NCBI GenBank assembly: GCA_903913865.1
Contig: CAIWMU010000098.1
Location: forward strand, 6,696-70,695
Source: an uncultured Verrucomicrobia subdivision 3 bacterium
GTDB taxonomy: Bacteria > Verrucomicrobiota > Verrucomicrobiia > Limisphaerales > UBA8199
Length of the DNA: 64,000 nt
Direction: 5' to 3'
Shown here: positions 35,202 to 45,036 of the stretch, in pieces
Position numbering within the stretch: the first letter of the stretch is position 1
How the letters are laid out: every line of letters begins with the position of its first letter
Position numbers and translations under genes: made by a program
Notes under the pieces: generated by a model
What the model saw: only the letters and a program-made list of their open reading frames with translations
Databases searched by the model: none
Told to the model about the DNA's origin: nothing

Positions 35202-36440
35202 TCAGGTTCCTTCCCATAGTTTCTGGAGTGGCAGCGCTGTGAGTCCGGGACCGAAGGAGATGGACTGGTCACCACGATGGAGGATGAAGCCGCCTACAAA
35301 CCGGTCTCCAAGGTCACGGGCCAGGGATCGCAGCGGGTCGAAGTCCCGATCCTGCACCCGGGAGGATGATTTCACTTCGATCCCCACGACCCGCCCCCCG
35401 GGTGCTTCGAGCAGGAAGTCCACTTCGACCCCCGCCTGAGTGCGGTAATGGTGGAGGGATGGGCGGAGCCGCGACCATCCGGTCTGCTTGAGCAATTCGA
35501 GTGCGACAAAGTTCTCGAGCAGTGGACCCAGGGTTGCGGGGTCCCGCTCAAGACGTTCAGCCGTCACCCCGCCCAGACGCGCCGCAAGCCCGGTGTCCGA
35601 CAGATAGATCTTCGGCGATTTGACCAGCCGCTTGCCGAGGTTCACGGACCAGGGCGGAACACGGCGCACCAGGAACACCAGTTCCAGCAGGCTCAGGTAA
35701 CGGGTGAGGGTGGAGTGTGGCATGCCGAGGGTGCGGGTAAGCTCATTGATGTTGAGCAGACCGCCCAGCCGGCTTGCCAGAAGCATGAGCAGTCTCGGCA
35801 TCATCGTTAGCCCCTCAATGTTCGCAAGGTCGCGCACATCACGCTGAAGGAGGGTGGTCAGATAGGCGTCGAACCATGCCTCCCGCCGTGCGTCATCCCT
35901 TCGCGAAAGAGCCTCGGGGAATCCTCCCATGATCAGGCGCGAGGGCAAGCCGGGTTCCATTGGTGCTGCTGTGCCCGGGGCAAAGCTTTCTCGGTTGAAA
36001 AGCCGGTCAATGAAGGTCTCTTTTGTGGCGGCCAACTCACCTTGTGAGAGGGGCCAGAGCGTGCAGACATCCATGCGCCCGGCCAGCGATTCCGAGATTT
36101 TCGGGAGCAGGAGTATGTTCGCCGAGCCGGTCAAAAGAAACCGGCCCGGTTGGCGGTCCCGGTCCACGCTGATTTTGATGGCCGGGAGAAGTTCGGGCAC
36201 CTTTTGCACTTCGTCGATCACCAAGGGGCCGGGGGTTCGCGCCACCCAGCCCGCCGGATCGTGGGCGACAGCGGACAGAACGGTGGCATCATCCAGGGTG
36301 AGATAAATGGAGCCCGGGCGGCCGGCGGCAAGTGCCTGAACGAGAGTGCTTTTTCCTGCCTGGCGAGGGCCATTGACCAACACCACCGGGGTATCCCCCA
36401 AGGCGGTGAGGATGTGGTGGTGCAGATTACGCTGATACAT
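35202..36440 (-). CDS. AAA+ ATPase with DUF4143 domain (AAA_14/DUF4143 family)
   Basis: GPRQAGKST, IDEVQK, LTGSA, ESLAGR, GGFP, K.PKIYL.DTGL, ENFV, EVDF...IEVK. Confidence 0.92.
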   Translation of the reverse strand: MYQRNLHHHILTALGDTPVVLVNGPRQAGKSTLVQALAAGRPGSIYLTLDDATVLSAVAHDPAGWVARTPGPLVIDEVQKVPELLPAIKISVDRDRQPGRFLLTGSANILLLPKISESLAGRMDVCTLWPLSQGELAATKETFIDRLFNRESFAPGTAAPMEPGLPSRLIMGGFPEALSRRDDARREAWFDAYLTTLLQRDVRDLANIEGLTMMPRLLMLLASRLGGLLNINELTRTLGMPHSTLTRYLSLLELVFLVRRVPPWSVNLGKRLVKSPKIYLSDTGLAARLGGVTAERLERDPATLGPLLENFVALELLKQTGWSRLRPSLHHYRTQAGVEVDFLLEAPGGRVVGIEVKSSSRVQDRDFDPLRSLARDLGDRFVGGFILHRGDQSISFGPGLTALPLQKLWEGT

Positions 36441-36760
36441 GGCGAATTATTCACCATTTGGTGGTGAAATTGCAAGTTTGAGATAAGTTGTATCACAAGT
36501 CGTTGTATTCAAATGACTTGAAGACATATCTGCAGATGGGTTTTGTGTCAGGTGACAGGCCGACAGGGGAGGGTGAATGCCGAATCGGGGGCGGGGAAGG
36601 GCCGTTTTGGGGAATTTCAGGATCTTGCGCAACACTGGTCGGCATCGGCTGGGGTCACAAGCTGATCGCGGAAGGCCCGATAATATGCCTTTAATTCGGG
36701 AGGGCCAAAAGCTACGCTTTCGTCATGCTCAAAAATTATCACTCCTGCTAGAGGTTGCCC

Positions 36761-38065
36761 ATGGGACGAATCTACCGGAATCTGGCTCATTATCCCTGGC
36801 TCGTTGTGGGGATGCTTTGGATGGTCTGCTTTTTCAATTATGCGGACAGGCAGGCGATCAGTTCCATCATGCCGCTTCTGAAGAATGAGTTCCATTTTGA
36901 TGATGTTCAGTCGGGTTGGATCCTGTCGGCCTTTGCATGGGTTTACGCGGCGGCGGCACCGGTGGCGGGGATTGCGGCGGACCGTTTCTCGCGGAAGGGG
37001 TTGATCATTCTGGCGTGTGTGGTGTGGAGCTTTTTTACGCTGGCCACCGGGTGGTGCGGCGGGTTGGTGGGGCTGGTGCTGGTCAGGGCCCTGACCGGGC
37101 TGGGGGAGACGTTTTACTTTCCCTCCTCGATGTCGTTGATCAGTGACTATCACAGTGCTGCGACCCGGTCGCGGGCGATGGCGTGGCATCAGTCGGCGGT
37201 TTACACCGGGACGGTGCTTGGCAGCTGGATTGCAGCAGCCCTTGCTGAGAAGTTCGGGTGGAGGGTGCCTTTCTATATTTTCGGGCCGGTGGGAATTTTA
37301 CTGGCGATCTTCCTTGTCCGGTTTCTTGAGGAGCCGGATCGGGACCAACCGGCGGCGGGCGTGAAGGGGGGGGCGGCGGACGGTCATGGTCTTGGGATGG
37401 GTCCGCGCCTTTCGGTCGGGGAGACGGTGGGGGTGATCCTGAGGACACCTGCGGCCCTGATGTTGATGTGCGCCTTTGTGTGCGCCAACTTTGTGGCGGT
37501 GATATTCCTGACCTGGACCCCGCAATTCCTGGTGGAAAAATTTCATTACTCGATCGGCGCTGCCGGTTTAACCGGGACTGTCTATGTGCACCTGGCAAGC
37601 GCGGTGACGGCGCCGCTGGCGGGGTGGTTTGCGGACAGCATGGCGCGCCGGTTTGCCGCAGGGCGGATGCTGGTGCAGATCATCGGTTTGCTGGCGGGTG
37701 CGAGCTTCATCTTCTTTGTGGGGCACACCTCCAGCACGGCAACCCTGCTGGTTTCGATGACGGTGTTTGGTGTGTGCAAATGCCTTTATGATTCAGGGAT
37801 TTTTGCATCCCTCTACGATGCGATTCCGCCGCGTGCGCGGGGGACGGGTGCGGGCCTGATGAACACCATCGGCTGGGCCGGCGGTGCGCTGGGGCCCCTG
37901 TTTGTGGGGTATGCGACCAAGCATGGGACGAAGCCAACCCGGATGGAGAACATGAGTGATGCCATCGGCTTTGGGGGATATATTTATATTGTGGCGGCCG
38001 GTTTCCTGCTGGCAGCCATCTGGTTCCACCGCCGGAGCCTCAAGTTGAGCCAGGCCCAGGCCTGA
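36761..38065 (+). CDS. MFS transporter (ACS/spinster-like)
   Basis: [25 protein letters not shown], multiple TM helices. Confidence 0.9.
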   Translation: MGRIYRNLAHYPWLVVGMLWMVCFFNYADRQAISSIMPLLKNEFHFDDVQSGWILSAFAWVYAAAAPVAGIAADRFSRKGLIILACVVWSFFTLATGWCGGLVGLVLVRALTGLGETFYFPSSMSLISDYHSAATRSRAMAWHQSAVYTGTVLGSWIAAALAEKFGWRVPFYIFGPVGILLAIFLVRFLEEPDRDQPAAGVKGGAADGHGLGMGPRLSVGETVGVILRTPAALMLMCAFVCANFVAVIFLTWTPQFLVEKFHYSIGAAGLTGTVYVHLASAVTAPLAGWFADSMARRFAAGRMLVQIIGLLAGASFIFFVGHTSSTATLLVSMTVFGVCKCLYDSGIFASLYDAIPPRARGTGAGLMNTIGWAGGALGPLFVGYATKHGTKPTRMENMSDAIGFGGYIYIVAAGFLLAAIWFHRRSLKLSQAQA

Positions 38066-38073
38066 GCACCCAT

Positions 38074-38757
38074 ATGACCAAACATCAACGAACTTCAGCC
38101 TTCACTCTGATCGAGTTGCTGGTGGTGATCGCCATCATCGCGATCCTTGCATCGATGCTGCTTCCGGCCCTGAGCCGGGCCAAGGAAACGGCCAAGCGCG
38201 CAAACTGCAAGAGCAACCAGCACCAGATCGGCCTCGCGCTGATGATGTATTCGGATGACAACCGGAGCCGGCTGCCGGACCTCAAGGCGATGCCCCCGGA
38301 TGCTGTGAATGGCTACTGGCCCTGGGACCTCTACCGGCCGATCGCCACAAACCTGCTCACATTGGGGGCGAAGAAGGAGGTGCTTTACTGCCCAAGCTAC
38401 AAAGAGCTGAACCAGAACGATATCGGCTGGAACCCGGCGGTCTTTTACACCTACATCGTGAGCGGTTACGTGTGGCTGCTCAAAAACACGCCCCAGGTGC
38501 CTGTGAACCTGACCGTGACAACGACGCAGGAACCCAGGGCAGGGCGTGGCATCGTGGACACCGAGATAGTGGCGGACGCGGTGATCTGGAAAAACGGGAG
38601 CTACACCTCCATCCAGGGGGCCTATAACAACCGCACTGCGCATCTGGAGAAGGGTTCCCCGGCGGGTGGGAACATCCTGTTCCTGGATGGTCACGTCGGC
38701 TGGCGTGCCTACCGCTACATGACCAACAAGTTCGGGGATCCACGGTTTGAGTTCTGA
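38074..38757 (+). CDS. prepilin-type N-methylation domain protein with H-X9-DG motif (DUF1559-like)
   Basis: [25 protein letters not shown]; C.SN.HQIG.A..MY..D; LYCPS; H...[11 protein letters not shown]. Confidence 0.92.
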   Translation: MTKHQRTSAFTLIELLVVIAIIAILASMLLPALSRAKETAKRANCKSNQHQIGLALMMYSDDNRSRLPDLKAMPPDAVNGYWPWDLYRPIATNLLTLGAKKEVLYCPSYKELNQNDIGWNPAVFYTYIVSGYVWLLKNTPQVPVNLTVTTTQEPRAGRGIVDTEIVADAVIWKNGSYTSIQGAYNNRTAHLEKGSPAGGNILFLDGHVGWRAYRYMTNKFGDPRFEF

Positions 38758-38846
38758 GCTGTTTTCGTGGGGGATGCCCGCGCGGTTTGCATGATGTGGC
38801 AGGGTTGGGGACCGGATTGAACAGATCCGGAATGGATGGATTTTTC

Positions 38847-41800
38847 ATGATCAAATTTCAAATGAATGCACCATTGATACTGCTTCGGCGCACCCTTGGC
38901 GTCACCGGTCTGCTGATGGCTTTGTTGTCAGCCCTGCTGCCGGAGGTGGCACATGGCGGAACGCTGCGGCCGCCATCGGTTCCCCTGGTGGCCCACGATC
39001 CCTATTTCAGCATCTGGTCCCCGGCCGACAAGCTGACCGATGCCGAGACGGTGCATTGGACCGGGAAGACCCAGCGGTTGACCAGCCTGCTGCGGTTGGA
39101 TGGAAAGACAGTGCGGGTGATGGGGGCCACCCCCGTCGACATCCCGGCCCTGCCGCAGGTGGATCTGGAAGTGCTGCCCACCCGGACCCTCTACACATTC
39201 GAGGGGGGTGGGGTGCGGTTGAAACTGACTTTCATGACACCGGCCTTGCCGGATGATCTGGCGATTTTGTCGCGACCGGTGACCTACCTGACATGGGAAA
39301 TCGTAGCCGTGGATGGGAGAGAGCACGAGGCCGCGTTGACGTTCGAAGCCTCCGGGGAGCCGGCGGTCAACCTGCCCGGGGATGAAGTCGTCTCGATGAC
39401 GCAAGAAATCGGGGATATTGCCACTGCGGTGGTGGGATCAAGGAAACAGGCCGTGCTGGCCCGGAAGGGGGACGATCTGCGGATCGATTGGGGATATTTT
39501 TACGTGGCACAGAGGAAACCGGATGTCACGGGCATGACCCTGTCTGTTGAGCGTGGGGGAAAGCGGGAGGTGTTGCAGAGTGGCACACAGTCCAAGGGGG
39601 AACTGATGCACCCGGTTCCTGCGGGAAGTTTTTCGATGACGATCGATTCGGCCCTTGGGAAAGTTGGGGCCAAACCTGTTAGTCGCTGGTTGATGCTGGC
39701 CTATGACGATCAGCTTTCCATCAAGTATTTCAAAAAGAATCTGGCCCCCTACTGGCGGCGGGCCGGGGATGATGCTTCCGCCCTGCTCACGCGGGCGGCT
39801 GCGGACTACGAGATGTTGCGGAAGCGTTGCGAGCAGTTTGATGCGGGGCTGATGGAGGATCTGCGGAAGACGGGTGGTCCGGAGTATGCGCAGCTTTGCG
39901 TGCTGGCCTACCGGCAGACCTTTGCGGGCAACAAGATCGTGGCCGATGCAAACGGGCATCCCTTGATGTTTCCCAAGGAGAACTTTTCCAACGGGTGCAT
40001 CGGGACTGTGGATGTCCTCTTTCCCCAGGCGCCGTTTTTCCTCCTGTTCAGCCCCGGGCTCACCAAGGCGATGCTGATCCCGATTCTGGATTATGCAGCG
40101 TCCGCTCTCTGGCCCTACGGGTATGCGCCGCATGATCTGGGGACCTATCCCCACGCAAACGGGCAGGTGTATGGCATGGAGGGCCGGGATGGGGACCGGA
40201 TGCCGGTTGAGGAGAGCGGCAACATGCTGATCATGCTGGCGGCGCTGGCCCGGCAGCAGGGGAATGCACAACTCGCGACCAACTACTGGCCGATGCTGAA
40301 CCGGTGGGCTGATTACCTGGTGAAGGAGGGGCTGGATCCGACAAACCAGCTTTGCTCCGCCGACATGTTCGGGCATCTGCCGAGGAATGCGAATCTTGCG
40401 ATCAAGGCGATCATCGGGATTGGGGCCTTCGGGCAATTGTGTGAATTTGCCGGAAAGCCGGTGGAGGCGCAGAAGTATCTTGGCATCGCCCGGGATTACG
40501 CGGGGAAATGGCAGACACTGGCCGGGGATGAGGGCCATACCCGGCTGGCATACCATCTGCCCGGTTCCTGGGGGATGAAGCACAACCTGATCTGGGACCG
40601 GGTGCTCGGTTTGAATCTCTTCCCTGAATCGGTTGGGGATGCGGAGGTGGTCTGGTATCTCAAGGTGCAGAACAAGTATGGCCTGCCGGTGGATAACCGG
40701 ACCGATACATGCCTGATTGATTGGGCCATGTGGAGCATCGCACTGGCCCGGAACGACAGCGATTTTCGGGCGCTGTCAGCCCCGCTGTTCCGTTACGCGC
40801 AGGAAACCCCGAACCGGGTGCCGCTGGGGGATTGGTTCATCACAACCAGCGCTGCGCACAAGGGGATGCAGGCCCGGCCTGTGGTGGGCGGGCTGGTCAT
40901 CCGGACCCTCGCCGATCAGGCTGTGTGGAAGAAGCGGGCCGGTCAGGGTGCTGATACCAAGGGTCAGCCAGCCCCCTTCCCGAAGGATTCCCCGATGCGT
41001 GAGGCCGTCCCCACGGCACGCACGGCGCAGACGACCTGGCGATACACGTTCGAGAAGCCGGTCGATGGCTGGACGAAGCCGGATTTTGATGATTCCTCAT
41101 GGAAGAAGGGAGCGGGTGGCTTTGGCACCGAGGGCACGCCCGGAGCCGTCATTGGGACCGAATGGGCCACGAAGCAGATCTGGCTGCGCCGGGATTTTGA
41201 TCCGGGGGAGAAGCCCTTGAAGAATCCCCGGTTGCTGGTGGTCTATGATGAGGATCCGGAGATTTACCTGAACGGGGTGTTCGCTGCGGGCCTTTCCGGC
41301 TGGGCCACGGCCTATGAGGAAGTGGAGATGTCGCCCGGGGCACTTGCGCAACTGAAGCAGGGTCGTGTGGTCATGGCGGTACATGCCAGCCAGACATCGG
41401 GCGGGCAGAGCATCGATGTGGGGATTGCAGAGGACGGGGAACCGCAGAGACCAAAGCCAGCGGCCCGGCCTTCGGGCGGCAAGAGCCTCCCGGGCCTGCG
41501 GCAGCTCATGGAGACCCCCCTGCGGGATACCTCCATTTGCCGGGGAGCGGATGGACTTTGGTATCTGACCGGGACCGTCCAGCCGTTCTGGGACTACAAC
41601 GAGGGGATCAAGGTTTGGAGATCAAAGGACCTCGTGAAGTGGGAACCGCTGGGGTTTGTCTGGAAGTATGGCGGCAGCCCCTGGCACAAGCCCTACCTCG
41701 ACAAAAAGAAGCCCCTTTGGGCGCCTGAGATCCACTTCCTGAAGAACACCTTCTGGCTCACCTACAGCATTCCGGGGTGGGATGGGACCGGAAAAACCTC

Positions 41801-42377
41801 CGGGTGCGGGCTGCTCAGGAGCACCAGCGGCAAGGCTGAAGGACCCTACGAGGATGTGCAGCCGGACCGGACAATAGGGGATGAGATTGATGCCTCCCTC
41901 TTTCAGGATGATGACGGCACCGTGTATTACCTGTGGCACAGCGGAAAAATCGCCCGGATGAAGCCGGACATGAGCGGATTGGCGGAACCGTGGCACTGGC
42001 TGAAGACAACCGGGGTGGACCCCATGCCGGGGCATCATTCAGGGTTGTGTGCGGGGATCTTCGGGAAGGACTCGTTTGACCATGTCGGTTTTGAGGGGGT
42101 ATTCATTTTCAAGGTGGAGGGAACCTACTTCCTCAGTTGTGCCGACAGTTATGAGGGGCGCTACAGTTGCATGATTTCCTCCTCCACGAACCTGTTTGGG
42201 CCCTACAGCCCCCGTTATGAGGCCATCCCCCACGGGGGGCACAACATGTTCTTCAAGGATGAAAATGGCCGCTGGTGGTCCTCCTTCTTTGGGAGCGACC
42301 CACGGGCACCCATCCAGGAACGGCCGGGCATTCTGCCTGTCAGGATCACGAAGGATGGCCGGATCGAGCCCGACTGA
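38847..42377 (+). CDS. secreted multidomain protein: GtaA-like (DUF4964/DUF5127/DUF4965/DUF1793) + jelly-roll module + GH43
   Basis: RPPSVPLVAHDPYFSIWS, KENFSNGCIGTVDV, APHDLGTYP, MPVEESGN, QARPVVGG; then WRYT..FDDSSW..G.GGFG; then GH43 motifs RD, WAPE, IDA, EG. Start uncertain (38787-38862). Confidence 0.82.
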   Translation: MIKFQMNAPLILLRRTLGVTGLLMALLSALLPEVAHGGTLRPPSVPLVAHDPYFSIWSPADKLTDAETVHWTGKTQRLTSLLRLDGKTVRVMGATPVDIPALPQVDLEVLPTRTLYTFEGGGVRLKLTFMTPALPDDLAILSRPVTYLTWEIVAVDGREHEAALTFEASGEPAVNLPGDEVVSMTQEIGDIATAVVGSRKQAVLARKGDDLRIDWGYFYVAQRKPDVTGMTLSVERGGKREVLQSGTQSKGELMHPVPAGSFSMTIDSALGKVGAKPVSRWLMLAYDDQLSIKYFKKNLAPYWRRAGDDASALLTRAAADYEMLRKRCEQFDAGLMEDLRKTGGPEYAQLCVLAYRQTFAGNKIVADANGHPLMFPKENFSNGCIGTVDVLFPQAPFFLLFSPGLTKAMLIPILDYAASALWPYGYAPHDLGTYPHANGQVYGMEGRDGDRMPVEESGNMLIMLAALARQQGNAQLATNYWPMLNRWADYLVKEGLDPTNQLCSADMFGHLPRNANLAIKAIIGIGAFGQLCEFAGKPVEAQKYLGIARDYAGKWQTLAGDEGHTRLAYHLPGSWGMKHNLIWDRVLGLNLFPESVGDAEVVWYLKVQNKYGLPVDNRTDTCLIDWAMWSIALARNDSDFRALSAPLFRYAQETPNRVPLGDWFITTSAAHKGMQARPVVGGLVIRTLADQAVWKKRAGQGADTKGQPAPFPKDSPMREAVPTARTAQTTWRYTFEKPVDGWTKPDFDDSSWKKGAGGFGTEGTPGAVIGTEWATKQIWLRRDFDPGEKPLKNPRLLVVYDEDPEIYLNGVFAAGLSGWATAYEEVEMSPGALAQLKQGRVVMAVHASQTSGGQSIDVGIAEDGEPQRPKPAARPSGGKSLPGLRQLMETPLRDTSICRGADGLWYLTGTVQPFWDYNEGIKVWRSKDLVKWEPLGFVWKYGGSPWHKPYLDKKKPLWAPEIHFLKNTFWLTYSIPGWDGTGKTSGCGLLRSTSGKAEGPYEDVQPDRTIGDEIDASLFQDDDGTVYYLWHSGKIARMKPDMSGLAEPWHWLKTTGVDPMPGHHSGLCAGIFGKDSFDHVGFEGVFIFKVEGTYFLSCADSYEGRYSCMISSSTNLFGPYSPRYEAIPHGGHNMFFKDENGRWWSSFFGSDPRAPIQERPGILPVRITKDGRIEPD

Positions 42378-42391
42378 GGGCCGGGGCCTGT

Positions 42392-43360
42392 TCAGGCGGT
42401 GCGCTTTGCAGTGGTTCGGGACCCTCGCAACGCATCAAGTGCGGCGGTGAAATCCGGGGGGAGAGGGGCGTCGAATTTCATCTTTTTGCCCAGAACCGGG
42501 TGTTGGAAGGAGAGCTGGAAGGCGTGCAACATCTGCCGTTCCGCAGTGTAACCGGTCACCTCCCTGAGGCGAATATTCTGGCGGTTGCCGTAGGTGTCAT
42601 CGCCGAGGAGGGGGTAGCCCAGGTGTTGAAAATGGACCCGTATCTGGTGCGTTCTGCCTGTGTGAATGACGGCCTGCACGAGGGTTGAAGCGCGGAGCCG
42701 CTCCACCACTTGATAGCTGGTATGGGCGTCACGACCGTCCCCATCGGTCACCGCCATGCGTTTGCGATGGGTGGGGTGGCGGGCGATGGCGGCGTGAATT
42801 TCACCGGCCTCACGGGGCAGTTCGCCGCAGAGGATGGCCTGATAGATTTTGTTGACCTCACGCCCGGCAAACTGGGTGGACAGGCCGAGGTGGGCTGCAT
42901 CCGTCTTGGCAACCACGAGGCAGCCGCTGGTATCCTTGTCGAGGCGGTGGACAATGCCGGGCCGGGCCGCGCCGCCGATGCCGCTGAGCTGGCCTGCGCA
43001 GTGGTGGAGCAGGGCGTTGACGAGGGTGTGCTCGTCGTGGCCTGCGGCGGGGTGCACCACGAGGCCCGGCGGTTTATTGATCACCACAAGGGACTCATCC
43101 TCAAAGAGGATTTCGAGGGGGATATCCTCAGGTTTGGCCTCAATGGGGCGCGCCTCGGGCCAGAACACGCTGATCGACTGGCCTGCACGGGGTGTGTGGG
43201 TTGGTTTGACCGTGTTGCCATCGACGCGGATATGCCCCTCCTCGATCAGGCGCTGGATGGCGCCCCGGGAGACGGCGGGAAAGCGGGTGCGGAGCCATAC
43301 GTCCAGACGCATGGACAACTCAGACTTTTCAACAACGAGAACCTCGGTGCGGGGGGTCAC
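42392..43360 (-). CDS. rluD: RluA-family 23S rRNA pseudouridine synthase with S4 domain
   Basis: RLD..L S4 domain, NKPPGLVVHP, HRLDKDTSG, TGRTHQIRVH. Confidence 0.93.
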   Translation of the reverse strand: MTPRTEVLVVEKSELSMRLDVWLRTRFPAVSRGAIQRLIEEGHIRVDGNTVKPTHTPRAGQSISVFWPEARPIEAKPEDIPLEILFEDESLVVINKPPGLVVHPAAGHDEHTLVNALLHHCAGQLSGIGGAARPGIVHRLDKDTSGCLVVAKTDAAHLGLSTQFAGREVNKIYQAILCGELPREAGEIHAAIARHPTHRKRMAVTDGDGRDAHTSYQVVERLRASTLVQAVIHTGRTHQIRVHFQHLGYPLLGDDTYGNRQNIRLREVTGYTAERQMLHAFQLSFQHPVLGKKMKFDAPLPPDFTAALDALRGSRTTAKRTA

Positions 43361-43367
43361 AGGGGAT

Positions 43368-43904
43368 TCAGGGGGAGGGGTGCTGAGAAGGTTCCGTCTG
43401 GGGACGGACGTTGCGCTCAGTGCGCCAGGTGGCGAGCAGGATGAGGGTTACACCGGTGCAAATCGCGGAATCGGCGACATTGAACGCCGGGAAACCAATC
43501 TCCTTGCCGCCGCTGTTGACGTAAAAGTAGAGAAAATCGATCACATGCCCGACCCGGAGGCGGTCGATTAGGTTGCCGATGATCCCGCCGAAGATGAGCC
43601 CGAGGGCGATTCGACCGCTGCAGGTGTTCGAGTCGAAATGATGCCGGGTCATGAAAAGGATCACGAGTGCGGCGAGGGCCACGACGGCCAGGGCACCGTT
43701 ATTCCCGCGAAAGAAGCTCCAGGCGGCCCCTGTGTTGCCCCAGTGGACAAATTTGAAGAAGCCGTCGATCACGACATTTTCCTCGGCGTAACGCAGCAGG
43801 CGGAGGACCAGGAACTTGGTGATCTGGTCGAGAAGGACCACGACTGAAGCGATCAGGGCGATTCGCCTGTTGGAAGTCTGCCCTATGGAATTGTCCAAAG
43901 TCAT
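43368..43904 (-). CDS. lspA: lipoprotein signal peptidase II
   Basis: LDQITK, NTGAAW, GNLIDR, VIDF, FNVAD. Confidence 0.95.
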   Translation of the reverse strand: MTLDNSIGQTSNRRIALIASVVVLLDQITKFLVLRLLRYAEENVVIDGFFKFVHWGNTGAAWSFFRGNNGALAVVALAALVILFMTRHHFDSNTCSGRIALGLIFGGIIGNLIDRLRVGHVIDFLYFYVNSGGKEIGFPAFNVADSAICTGVTLILLATWRTERNVRPQTEPSQHPSP

Positions 43905-43991
43905 GGATGCGATGATGACAGATATAGCCGAAACAAAGGGGGGATGCCAGATCAATTTCCGGGTTGAAATGAAAATTGTCCAAAAAGTCTA

Positions 43992-44019
43992 TTGACTCGG
44001 GGGTGGGATTTGTTATTTT
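43992..44019 (+). promoter_or_regulatory. putative promoter of rplM-rpsI
   Basis: TTGACT-16 nt-TATTTT with TGn extension. Confidence 0.5.
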
Positions 44020-44046
44020 CTCTGCTCCTTTGAACGGGATTTTGAG

Positions 44047-44481
44047 ATGAAAACGTATTTGCCCAAAGTGAATTTGGATCAGCGCAAATGGCATGTGATT
44101 GATGCCAACGGCGCAGTGCTGGGCCGCCTTGCGGTTCAGGTGGCTGACATTCTTCGCGGGAAGAACAAGCCTGTGTATACTCCGCACCTTGATGCTGGAG
44201 ACTTCGTGGTGGTTATCAACGCCGACAAGGTGAAGGTGACTGGCAAGAAGGAAACCGACAAGACCTTCATGAGCTACTCCGGCTGGAAAGGCGGGGAGAA
44301 GTTCAGGACGGTCGAACAGGTGCGTGCCAAGACGCCCGAGCGTCTGATCACCCACGCGGTGCGCGGCATGATTCCCAAGAATCGGCTGGGTCGCACTCTG
44401 CTCACCAAGCTCAAAGTTTACAAGGGCACCGAGCATCCGCACGAAGCACAAATGCCCGCCAAGCTGGCTCCTGCCAATTAA
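44047..44481 (+). CDS. rplM: 50S ribosomal protein L13
   Basis: WHVIDA...LGRLA, GKNKP.YTPH.D.GD, AVRGMIPKN. Confidence 0.99.
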   Translation: MKTYLPKVNLDQRKWHVIDANGAVLGRLAVQVADILRGKNKPVYTPHLDAGDFVVVINADKVKVTGKKETDKTFMSYSGWKGGEKFRTVEQVRAKTPERLITHAVRGMIPKNRLGRTLLTKLKVYKGTEHPHEAQMPAKLAPAN

Positions 44482-44502
44482 GAATCAACCTGACTATCTG
44501 CC

Positions 44503-44919
44503 ATGTCTGACATCAAATTACCCGAAGTCAAAACGCCACTGAATCTCGGCACAGGCCGCCGCAAGACTGCGGTTGCCCGGGTCCGCCTTTCGGTCGGCAC
44601 CGGCAAGATTCTTGTGAATGGCCGGGCTTTCGAGACCCACTTTCCACTGGAATCACTGCGTGTCACCGCCCTTCAGCCGCTGACGGTCACCGGCACGGCT
44701 GACAAGTTCGATGCGTTTGTGCGCGTCAGTGGTGGAGGTCCCAACGGCCAGGCCGGCGCAGTGCGCCACGGCATCGCCCGGGCCCTTCTCACGGTGGATC
44801 TGAACCTCCGCCCTCTTTTGAAGGCCGAGGGTCTCCTCACCCGCGATCCGCGTATGCGCGAGCGCAAGAAGTACGGCCAGCCGGGTGCCCGCCGCCGCTT
44901 CCAGTTCAGCAAGCGTTAA
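44503..44919 (+). CDS. rpsI: 30S ribosomal protein S9
   Basis: [39 protein letters not shown]. Confidence 0.99.
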   Translation: MSDIKLPEVKTPLNLGTGRRKTAVARVRLSVGTGKILVNGRAFETHFPLESLRVTALQPLTVTGTADKFDAFVRVSGGGPNGQAGAVRHGIARALLTVDLNLRPLLKAEGLLTRDPRMRERKKYGQPGARRRFQFSKR

Positions 44920-44935
44920 TTCCTGTTCCCATTTC

Positions 44936-44970
44936 AAAAAACCCCGCTGGCTTTCCGGCGGGGTTTTTTT
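44936..44970 (+). terminator. intrinsic terminator after rpsI
   Basis: AAAAAACCCCGCTGG-CTTT-CCGGCGGGGTTTTTTT. Confidence 0.9.
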
Positions 44971-45036
44971 ATTTTCCAGAGGCTGGTTTTGAGGCACAGT
45001 TGGATTCCCTGACATGGGGTTTGGAAAAGATCATTT

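Noticed and set aside
15788-43904. ileS separated from lspA-rluD
   Set aside because: ileS-lspA linkage is not universal, and there is no sequence evidence for a specific rearrangement
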